A DNA stretch of 64,000 nt from a bacterium (GTDB taxonomy: Bacteria > Krumholzibacteriota > Krumholzibacteriia > LZORAL124-64-63), in the NCBI GenBank assembly GCA_031441465.1, contig JANOEP010000044.1:9852-73851 (forward strand), given 5' to 3'. The translations under genes were made by a program, and so were the position numbers. The notes under the pieces are model-generated. The model worked only from the letters and a program-made list of their open reading frames with translations. It did no database searches and was not told where the DNA came from. This document shows, piece by piece, positions 30,416 through 38,310 of this stretch; positions within the stretch are counted from its first letter, which is position 1, and each line of letters begins with the position of its first letter.

Positions 30416-31109
30416 AAGTTCGAACCTGGATGCACTCGTGCGTGCTTCGGAGCTGCTCGGCCCCCTTCTCGATGAGATGGTGCTGATCGGCGGTTGTGCC
30501 GTTGATCTACTGATCACGGACGATGCGGCGCCTCCCGTGCGGATCACCCGCGATATCGATGTGATCATTGAGGCCGCATCCTATAACGAATTTCAGGCGA
30601 TCGAACGACGTCTCCGCGAGCGGGGGTTTTCTCAGGATATGTCCCTGCCTGGGCCGATCTGCCGCTTTCACCATGACTCGCTGTTCCTGGATGTGATGCC
30701 TTGTGATGAGACAGTTCTCGGGTTCGGAAGCTGTTGGTTCAGTCGTGCGTTCGCCAACAGTCTGGTCTGTCGACTGCCGAACGGGCTCGATATCCGGTAC
30801 GTATCCGCGCCCTACTTCCTGGCGACCAAGCTGATCGCCTTCAAAACGCGCGGAGCCGGCGATCTATTCAGGAGCAAGGATTTCGAGGATATCGTGGCGC
30901 TGATCGACGGTCGCCCGGAACTACCGGAGGAAGTTGCCGGGGAGAATGCCGAACTGCGGTGCTTCATCCGCGATGAGTTTCAAGACCTGATGGCCATGGG
31001 TGACTTTGTCGACTGCCTGCCGGGGATGATCCCGGCAGCGGACGCCACATCCCGGCGCCTGCAGGTCATCCTCGGCCGTTGCGAGAGCCTCCGCGCCGAA
31101 ACTCCCTGA
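30402..31109 (+). CDS. Pol-beta-type nucleotidyltransferase (AbiEii/MenT-like putative toxin)
   Basis: 'VLIGGCAV...RITRDID', 'LATKLIAF..R', 'SKDFEDI' match the GG, RxTxDxD, K and KDxxD motif series. Confidence 0.75.
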   Translation: MARTKSSNLDALVRASELLGPLLDEMVLIGGCAVDLLITDDAAPPVRITRDIDVIIEAASYNEFQAIERRLRERGFSQDMSLPGPICRFHHDSLFLDVMPCDETVLGFGSCWFSRAFANSLVCRLPNGLDIRYVSAPYFLATKLIAFKTRGAGDLFRSKDFEDIVALIDGRPELPEEVAGENAELRCFIRDEFQDLMAMGDFVDCLPGMIPAADATSRRLQVILGRCESLRAETP

Positions 31110-31226
31110 TCATGCCGGCGCCCCCCCTCGTACCCGTATCGAGCTGGTCATGTGGTAATGAGGCTGACGATCAGCCAGAACGGTGCTAGGCTCACCGCGG
31201 TTCAGGTTGTCGAGGAGGATCGGACG

Positions 31227-32285
31227 TTGAAATCGAGATTCCCGGCGCTCACGGTGCTGCTCGTTGCCGCGGCGGCGACGGTCGCTCCCGGCCAGGCTTC
31301 TCCGGCCAAGACGCAACATCGCGCCCCCTCGCCGCGCGCCGCCGGCTCCCGCATCGGCGGCGACTCCATCGAATCCGCCGTGGGCATCTTCACGCTGCCG
31401 TACACCGACACGGGCTCCACCCTCGAGGCGCTCAACGACTACGACGAGATCTGCCCCTGGGACGGGAGCGAGTCGCCGGACGTGGTCTACGCGATCAAGC
31501 AGACCAACGACACCTACGTCACGATCGACCTCTGCGGCTCCGGCTACGACACGCGCGTCTTCGTCTACGACTACAACCGGGTCAGGGTGGGCTGCAACGA
31601 CGACCGCATCGGCACGGAGTTCCCCTGCAACTCCCTTGACTCGCGGATCGACGCCCTGCTGCTCGAGGCGGGCATCCCCTACTACATCATCATCGACGGC
31701 TACGGCGGCGACAGCGGCGACTACGTCCTGACGGTGAGCGTCGCCGACATCCCCGTCCTGGAGTGCCCCGACGGCGCTCCGGTCGAGGGCGAGCCGCCGA
31801 TGGTGTTCGGGTTCGACGACAAGTACAACTGCGGCTGCTTTTGCGTCAATCCACCTGCCAGGTACCAGAGCCTCCCGGTCGACGCCGCCGGCACGACCTT
31901 CGCCTGCTTCCGCTCCGGCTGGAACGGCATCGCCGGCGGGAGCGCAAGCGACTTCGACTGGATCGAGACCGAGGTCGGCCCTGACGGGATGCTCCACTTC
32001 GAACTCGCCGTGGAGTGGCCCTCGGAACTCGTCGTGCTGCCGCCCACCTGTGACGTCACCGAATACTACGGCTTCGTCGCCGCCGACCCGAGCGCGACCG
32101 CGACCCTGGACGTCCCGCTCGCGCCCGGTACGCCGGTGTGGGTGGTCCTGAGTTCCTCGCCCTACGTCGACCCGGGCCCCAACCTGCCCCTGGAGTACGA
32201 CCTCCACCTGTCCATCGCCGGTCAGGCCGCCACAACGTCCAACGAGGGGCTGAGCTGGGGAGAGATCAAGGCCGCGTACCGTTGA
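31227..32285 (+). CDS. Secreted Cys/Asp-rich protein, paralog 1, WGxxKxxY tail
   Basis: GAGGAGG RBS before TTG, signal peptide, 'LPYTDTGST...DYDEICP...SPDVVY...DLCGSGYDT...CNDD...YYIIIDGY'. Ends LSWGEIKAAYR. Confidence 0.82.
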   Translation: MKSRFPALTVLLVAAAATVAPGQASPAKTQHRAPSPRAAGSRIGGDSIESAVGIFTLPYTDTGSTLEALNDYDEICPWDGSESPDVVYAIKQTNDTYVTIDLCGSGYDTRVFVYDYNRVRVGCNDDRIGTEFPCNSLDSRIDALLLEAGIPYYIIIDGYGGDSGDYVLTVSVADIPVLECPDGAPVEGEPPMVFGFDDKYNCGCFCVNPPARYQSLPVDAAGTTFACFRSGWNGIAGGSASDFDWIETEVGPDGMLHFELAVEWPSELVVLPPTCDVTEYYGFVAADPSATATLDVPLAPGTPVWVVLSSSPYVDPGPNLPLEYDLHLSIAGQAATTSNEGLSWGEIKAAYR

Positions 32286-32392
32286 AGGGCGGCCTGCCGC
32301 CGCAGTCTCGAACACTGGTGCGAATCGTGTACCGCCCGCCCGCGATGTTCCCTAGTTTCATCGACCGCCCCCCGATCACGAAGGAGAGGCCG

Positions 32393-33391
32393 ATGAGATC
32401 GTCGACCCTGATCGTCATGGCGTTGCTCGTTGCGGTGCCGGTCGCGGCCGCGCCGCGGGTCGCCGGCGACACCATCGAAAGCGCCATGGGCATCGCCGCC
32501 CTGCCTTACCTCGACACCGGCTCCACCACCATGGCCTTCGACGACTACGACGAGACCTGTTCCTGGGACGGGAGCGGGTCGCCGGACGTCGTCTACGCGA
32601 TCAAGCTGCCCGCCGACGCGTACGTCACCGTCGACCTCTGCGGCTCGACCTACGACACCCGCGTCTACGTCTACGACCAGGCCCGGGCCGTCATCGGCTG
32701 CAACGACGACAGCGGCAGCACGGATCCCCTCTGCAACCCGCCCGATTCGCGGATCGACGCCCTGCGGCTCGAGGCCGACGTCCCCTACTACATCATCGTC
32801 GACGGCTTCGGCGGCGACAGCGGCGGCTACGTCCTGAAGGTGAGCGTCGCCGACATCCCCGTCCTGGTCTGCCCCGGCGGCGCCCGGGTCGAGGGCGAAC
32901 CGCCGCTGGTGTTCGACGTCGACGACGCGTTCAACTGCGGTTGCGCTTGCGCGAGCCCGCCGGACCGGTTCCAGAAGCTCGGGGCCGACGCCGCGGGTTC
33001 GACCTACGCCTGCCTCCGCTCCGGCTGGAACGGCTACCCCGGGGCCCCCGTGTTCGACGAGGACTGGCTGACGGTCATCGTCGGACCGGACGGTCTGCTC
33101 CATTTCGAACTCGTCGTCGAAAGGGCGACGGAACTCATCGTGCGCCGGGCCACCTGCGAGACCGCCGTGTACTACGGTTACGTCACCGCGGAAGCGAACG
33201 AGCCCGCGACCCTGGACGTCCATCTCGCCCCCGGCACGCCGATATGGGCCGTGCTGAGCCCTTCACCCTTCTTCGATCCGGGCATCGTCCTGCCCCTGGA
33301 GTACGGCCTCCACTTGACCATCGACGGCCAAGCCACCGCCACGGCGAACGAGGGACGGAGCTGGGGGGAGATCAAGGCGGTCTACCGGTAA
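32393..33391 (+). CDS. Secreted Cys/Asp-rich protein, paralog 2, WGxxKxxY tail
   Basis: AAGGAG RBS. Colinear similarity to paralog 1. Ends RSWGEIKAVYR. Confidence 0.82.
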   Translation: MRSSTLIVMALLVAVPVAAAPRVAGDTIESAMGIAALPYLDTGSTTMAFDDYDETCSWDGSGSPDVVYAIKLPADAYVTVDLCGSTYDTRVYVYDQARAVIGCNDDSGSTDPLCNPPDSRIDALRLEADVPYYIIVDGFGGDSGGYVLKVSVADIPVLVCPGGARVEGEPPLVFDVDDAFNCGCACASPPDRFQKLGADAAGSTYACLRSGWNGYPGAPVFDEDWLTVIVGPDGLLHFELVVERATELIVRRATCETAVYYGYVTAEANEPATLDVHLAPGTPIWAVLSPSPFFDPGIVLPLEYGLHLTIDGQATATANEGRSWGEIKAVYR

Positions 33392-33516
33392 GGCCCGGCC
33401 GGCCGGTGTGATTTTGCTGGTACATGCCATGGTTGCTGATACGCTACGATCGTTGTCCGATGCAACCGGAGAAGGACGAACTCGGCGACATCGACCCGCT
33501 CATGGAGGAGAGGACG

Positions 33517-34599
33517 ATGAAAGCGAACACCCTGGTATTGATCCTGCTGCTGTTCGCAGCCCCCCTGCTCTCGACCCCCTTGGCCGCCCGGAACCCCGAC
33601 GCCTGGTCCCAGCAGAAGCCCCACCGTCCGGCGCCGCCCGCCGCCGCCGCAACCGACGCGCGTGACGGCGGTGACACGATCATGGAGGCGGTGGAGATCG
33701 CCGGCCTGCCCTACGCCGACAGCGGCTTGACGACCAACGCCGCCGACGACTACGACGCGGTCTGCCCCTTCGAGGGCAGCGAATCGCCCGACGTCGTCTA
33801 CGCCTACACTCCCGTTTCCGGCGGCGCGATCGCGATCGATCTCTGCGGCTCCGACTACGACACGAAGGTCTTCGTCTACGACATCGCGATGAACGTCGTC
33901 GCCTGCAACGACGACTTCTACCCGTCCGGCGACCAGGTCTGCGGCGCCTACGCGTCGAAGATCGAGTACCTCGAGGTCCAGGCGGGAACCACGTACTACA
34001 TCATCGTCGACGGCTACGACGGCGAGTCCGGCGCGTACCAGCTGGCCGTCGCGCCGGCGACGGCCGCCGGCCTGGAGTGCCCGGCCGGCTTGCGCGTCGA
34101 GGGCGAACCGCCGCCGGACGCCGGCGGGGACGACGTCTTCAACGGCGGCTGCACCACCGGCGGGTTGCACTTCCAGACCATCACGGGCGGCCTCGACGGC
34201 ATGCTCGAGATCTGCCAGATCTCGGGCTGGAACGACAGCCAGGCCGCCTACATCTACGACGTCGACTGGCTCGAGGCGACGGTAGGTCCGGGCGGGCTGT
34301 TCCACTGCGAGTTCGACGCCGACTGGACGATGGACTGCCGGGTGTTCAGCGCCGATAACTGCTTCTTCACCCAACAACTGGCGTACGCCAGGGGCGGCCG
34401 CGGCGTGATCGGGACGATCGATCTGGAACTGACTCCCGGCGCCGTCATCTGGCTGTACTTCGCGCCGGCCAGTTCGAGCCCGCCGATCGACGTGACGCCT
34501 TACACGTTCGACTACACGCTCGACGTGTCGGGCCTCGAACCGGCGGCGGCGGCCAACGAGGCGATGGGGTGGGGGGCGGTCAAGAGCCTGTATAAATAG
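33517..34599 (+). CDS. Secreted Cys/Asp-rich protein, paralog 3, WGxxKxxY tail
   Basis: GGAGGAG RBS, signal peptide, same motifs as paralogs 1 and 2. Ends MGWGAVKSLYK. Confidence 0.82.
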   Translation: MKANTLVLILLLFAAPLLSTPLAARNPDAWSQQKPHRPAPPAAAATDARDGGDTIMEAVEIAGLPYADSGLTTNAADDYDAVCPFEGSESPDVVYAYTPVSGGAIAIDLCGSDYDTKVFVYDIAMNVVACNDDFYPSGDQVCGAYASKIEYLEVQAGTTYYIIVDGYDGESGAYQLAVAPATAAGLECPAGLRVEGEPPPDAGGDDVFNGGCTTGGLHFQTITGGLDGMLEICQISGWNDSQAAYIYDVDWLEATVGPGGLFHCEFDADWTMDCRVFSADNCFFTQQLAYARGGRGVIGTIDLELTPGAVIWLYFAPASSSPPIDVTPYTFDYTLDVSGLEPAAAANEAMGWGAVKSLYK

Positions 34600-34612
34600 G
34601 GTTCTGGCCACA

Positions 34613-34654
34613 AAATTGTCCCTGGCGCGGCAACGACTGCGCCAGGGACAATTT
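34613..34654. repeat. 16-bp perfect inverted repeat (REP-like or bidirectional terminator)
   Basis: AAATTGTCCCTGGCGC-N10-GCGCCAGGGACAATTT between convergent genes. Confidence 0.75.
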
Positions 34655-34673
34655 CACGTCCAGAACCCATCAC

Positions 34674-36074
34674 TCACTCGGAGCGGGTCAGTTCCCCGAG
34701 CACTTCCACGTGCCCCGTCATCGGGAACATGTCGATCACCCGCGCGCGCCGCAGCTGGTAGCCCCCCTCGCCCAACGTCTTGACGTCGCGGGCGAACGTC
34801 GCCGGATCGCAGCTCATGTAAAGCACGCGGGCGGGACCGAGTACGGCGAGGTCCTTCGCCACCTGTTCGCCCAGGCCGGTGCGCGGCGGATCGGCGACGA
34901 CCGTTGTGCCGGACCAATCGAGCGCTCCGGCGGGATCGCCCGGGTTGCCGGGTTGGTCGGCGGGATCGCCGGTCTTCCAGGACAGGACGGCCCGCTCGAC
35001 CGGGGTGTCGAGCACGGCGGTGCGGGCGGCGGCGGCGCGGTCGCGTTTGACGTTGTTGCGGGCGTCGCGGACCGCGCCCGCGTCGCTCTCGACGGCCACG
35101 GTGCGGGCGAAGCGGTCGTCCAACGCCAGGCTGAACAGACCGACACCGGCGTACAGGTCCAGCAGCGCGGCTCCCGGCGCGGCGGCGGTAACGCCGGCCT
35201 CGTCCAGCCAGTTCCTGACGAGCGCGACGGCGGCCTCGGTCTCCCGGTAGTTCGTCTGGAAGAAGCTCGTGGCGTGGACGCGGTAGGTGCGGCCGGCGAG
35301 CTGGACCACGAGGTGGTCGCGGCCCCACAGGGGCCGGTTGTTGTACAGGATCCCCAGGCACTTCGGGTGCGGCGCCGTGCCCTCGGGCAGTTTCTTCAGC
35401 ACCGCCTTGAGCATCCGCGCGCGGTCGGGCTCGCCGAACAGCGACACCAGGAAGCGGTCCTGGTGGTCCAGGCGCACCACGACCTGGTCCGCCGGCGGCA
35501 GGGTGACGACGAAGGGGAAGATGTCGTCGTTGAACGCATCCGGCATCAGGCCGTGCCGCTCGATCAGCAGGACCTCGTGGCTGTCGTGGCGAAGCATGCC
35601 GTACGGGCCGGCCGGCGTCCGCCACAGGCGGACCTTGTTGCGGTATCCCAGCGCGGGGCCGGCGGGGACGGGACTTTCGAGACGGTCGCCGAGGTCGAGA
35701 CCGGCGATTCGGGCGAGGCAGTCGCGCACGATCTCCGTCTTGACCCGCAACTGAGCCGCCACCGACAGGTGCTGCAGATCGCAGCCCGAGAGCGATCCCA
35801 ACTCGCCCAGGGGTGGCTCGACGCGGTCGGCCGACGGGGTGACCACCTCGATCAGCTCGGCTTCCAGGAAGCCTTTGCGCCGGCGCGTTACGCGCGCTCG
35901 GACCGTATCGCCCGCGGCAGTGCCGGCCACGAACGTGGTCAAGCCGTCGGGACTGCGGCCCAGACCGGCGCCGCCGGTGACCAGCTTCGTGATGGCGGTC
36001 TCGAACAAGTCGCCCACGTTCAGGGGGGCGGGCGTCGGGACGCCGGAGGGATTCGTGGTCTGCAGGTCGTTCAT
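34674..36074 (-). CDS. rlmD: RlmD/TrmA-family RNA (uracil-5)-methyltransferase with TRAM domain
   Basis: TRAM N-terminus, 'YRNK', 'SFFQTN', 'LDLYAGVGLF', 'DPPRTGL', 'YMSCDPATFARD', 'DMFPMTGHVE'. Confidence 0.88.
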   Translation of the reverse strand: MNDLQTTNPSGVPTPAPLNVGDLFETAITKLVTGGAGLGRSPDGLTTFVAGTAAGDTVRARVTRRRKGFLEAELIEVVTPSADRVEPPLGELGSLSGCDLQHLSVAAQLRVKTEIVRDCLARIAGLDLGDRLESPVPAGPALGYRNKVRLWRTPAGPYGMLRHDSHEVLLIERHGLMPDAFNDDIFPFVVTLPPADQVVVRLDHQDRFLVSLFGEPDRARMLKAVLKKLPEGTAPHPKCLGILYNNRPLWGRDHLVVQLAGRTYRVHATSFFQTNYRETEAAVALVRNWLDEAGVTAAAPGAALLDLYAGVGLFSLALDDRFARTVAVESDAGAVRDARNNVKRDRAAAARTAVLDTPVERAVLSWKTGDPADQPGNPGDPAGALDWSGTTVVADPPRTGLGEQVAKDLAVLGPARVLYMSCDPATFARDVKTLGEGGYQLRRARVIDMFPMTGHVEVLGELTRSE

Positions 36075-36142
36075 GTGGGATCCTTGGATATGGTGAGGGA
36101 CCCCCCAAGCTAACACCCGCGCCCATCACATCCAAGCCGACG

Positions 36143-36268
36143 GTTGTGGCCGGAAAATTGTCCCTGGGGCCCAAGGACCAGCTTGGCACCCATTATATGG
36201 TAATATATAGGTATAATTATGGATATTCATGGGCCGGAAGGCCCGAGGGACAATTTCCCGGCCATAAC
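36143..36268. repeat. ~23-bp imperfect inverted repeats around an AT-rich core (MITE/REP-like)
   Basis: GTTGTGGCCGGAAAATTGTCCCT ... AGGGACAATTTCCCGGCCATAAC (2 mismatches). Same core as the 34613 element. Confidence 0.7.
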
Positions 36269-36309
36269 AAAAGTGACACCGGGAAGGGTTCCGGTCTAGA
36301 CTGCCCGAC

Positions 36310-36972
36310 ATGTTGAGAACGCCCCCCAATTGGAACTCCCTTCCCCCCGCCGCCCTGTTCCTGGCCGGCATGCTCCTGCTGACCCCCGGCTGCGCCCCCC
36401 ACCGCCGCGGCAAACTGCCGCCGCTCAGCGACCAGCCTGCGGCGCCCCATCCCGACTCCGACAGGCCGGACCGCTCGCGTCCCGGTCGAGTTCAGCCTCG
36501 ATCGGGGACGACGTGGCCGCCCGTCGGGATGCCGGAAGGTACCCTGGCCGATTCGTCATCCGGGGAGGCTGCGGTGCCGCCGACCGAGGTCGCCACGGCG
36601 ACGGGGCAGGAAGTCTGCCGGCTGGCCATGGAGCACCTGGGCACGCCCTACCGGTTCGGGGGCTCGACGGCCAAGGGCTTCGACTGTAGCGGGTTTGCGA
36701 GGTTCATCTTCAAGAAGGTCGGGATCGTGTTGCCGCGGTCGTCGGTCGAGCAGTCCCGCGCCGGGCACCACGTACCCAAGGGGGAGCTGCGGGTGGGCGA
36801 CCTGCTCTGCTTCAACAACGGGCGCGGTCGGATCTCGCATGTGGGGATCTACATCGGGCACGGGGACTTCATCCACTCGACGTCCACGGGGGGGCGTGTG
36901 CAGATCGACAGCCTGAACGAGCCCTGGTGGACGAAAAGCCTCGAAGCGATCCGGCGTGTGCTGCCCGAGTAA
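36310..36972 (+). CDS. NlpC/P60 (C40) cell-wall peptidase lipoprotein
   Basis: Lipobox-like LTPGC, 'LGTPYRFGG...GFDCSG', 'HVGIYIG...FIHS'. Confidence 0.9.
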   Translation: MLRTPPNWNSLPPAALFLAGMLLLTPGCAPHRRGKLPPLSDQPAAPHPDSDRPDRSRPGRVQPRSGTTWPPVGMPEGTLADSSSGEAAVPPTEVATATGQEVCRLAMEHLGTPYRFGGSTAKGFDCSGFARFIFKKVGIVLPRSSVEQSRAGHHVPKGELRVGDLLCFNNGRGRISHVGIYIGHGDFIHSTSTGGRVQIDSLNEPWWTKSLEAIRRVLPE

Positions 36973-36995
36973 GTGGGTACCCGCGCGGGCCGGGC

Positions 36996-38237
36996 TCAGG
37001 CGTCGTGGCTGGGTTCGGCGCGCCCGCCCGGGCCGATCCGCAGTTTGGTCGAAGTCTGCATCGCCTCGTTCACCGCCTCTTCCATCCCGATCACCTCCGA
37101 CAGCTCCAGCAGCTTGACGGCGCGGGCGTTGAGCACCGGCCGCGGCGAGCGGATCGAGCAGCAGTCGCGGTGCGGCTCGATGGAGATGCCGTACGCGCCG
37201 ATGCGCCGGCTCAAGGCCGTGATCTCGAGCTTGTCCATGCCGATCACCGGCCGCAGGATCGGCAGGCGGATGTCGGGCGTGATGGCCGCGAGGTTGGGCA
37301 GGGTCTGGCTGGCGACCTGGCCGACGCTGTCGCCGGCGATCACCGCCTGGCAGTTCTCCCGGCGCGCGAAGCGCACCGCCGTCTTGAACATGTAGCGGCG
37401 GAAGAGCACCATGTCGTAGGCGTCCTCGACCGCGCCCATGGCGCGCACCTCGTACGGGTAGGACGGCACCAGGTGCAGCACCAGCGGCTGGGGGGCGAAA
37501 CCGGCCAGGACGGCGACCAGGCGTTCGATCTTGTCGGAGTCGGCCTCGGCGACGCTGCGGCCCGGGTAGAAGTGGACGAACTCGGGGCGGCAGCCCCGCC
37601 GCATCATCATCCACGCCGCCACCGGCGAGTCGATCCCGCCGGACATCAGGACCGTGACGCGCCCGCTGGAGCCCACGGGCAGGCCGCCGCAACCGGGCAG
37701 CTTCTGGGCGAAGATCAGGATTTCCCGCTTCATCACCAGCACGTGGACCGTGAATTCGGGATTCCGTAGGTCCACCGGCAGGCCGGTCGCCGTGACGATG
37801 GCGGCGCCGAGCTGCGCGCTGATCTGGGGCGAGGGCATCGGGAAAGTCCGGTCGGATCGCCGCGTTTCCACCTTGAAGGTGCGGGCGGCGCCCACCTCGC
37901 GGCGGGCCATCGCGGCGGCGATCTCGCCGGCGCTGTCCAGGTCGGCCGCGTCGTCGCCGGTGCGGGGGACCGAGGCGGCCAGCGACAGGTTCTGGATGCC
38001 GGGCACCCGCTGCAGTTTCGCGGCGGCGCGCACGGCGGCCGCCGGATCGCCGAGGCGCAGCAGCAGGCGGCTCTCGATGTGGTTGAGGGCGACCACCGGC
38101 TCGCCGCGCAGCTGCGCCATCATGTTGTTGCGCAGGCGCAGCAGGAACACGTGGCGGTTCTTGCCCTTCAGGGCGATCTCCGAGTAGTGGGCGCTGATCA
38201 CCGTTCGGTCGGCGTCGGTCGGCAGGCGGTCGTGCAC
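36996..38237 (-). CDS. thiI: tRNA 4-thiouridine synthase ThiI (no rhodanese domain)
   Basis: 'YSEIALKGKNR', THUMP domain, 'GLPVGSSG', PP-loop 'SGGIDS', 'GQVASQTL', 'DCCS'. Confidence 0.93.
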   Translation of the reverse strand: MHDRLPTDADRTVISAHYSEIALKGKNRHVFLLRLRNNMMAQLRGEPVVALNHIESRLLLRLGDPAAAVRAAAKLQRVPGIQNLSLAASVPRTGDDAADLDSAGEIAAAMARREVGAARTFKVETRRSDRTFPMPSPQISAQLGAAIVTATGLPVDLRNPEFTVHVLVMKREILIFAQKLPGCGGLPVGSSGRVTVLMSGGIDSPVAAWMMMRRGCRPEFVHFYPGRSVAEADSDKIERLVAVLAGFAPQPLVLHLVPSYPYEVRAMGAVEDAYDMVLFRRYMFKTAVRFARRENCQAVIAGDSVGQVASQTLPNLAAITPDIRLPILRPVIGMDKLEITALSRRIGAYGISIEPHRDCCSIRSPRPVLNARAVKLLELSEVIGMEEAVNEAMQTSTKLRIGPGGRAEPSHDA

Positions 38238-38310
38238 GGAATCTCCGTCGACGAAGGAAGGGAGCCGCAGTTCGCGGGTCAGCCCAAGGATGCGCCCTGA
38301 GCGGGCGAAG

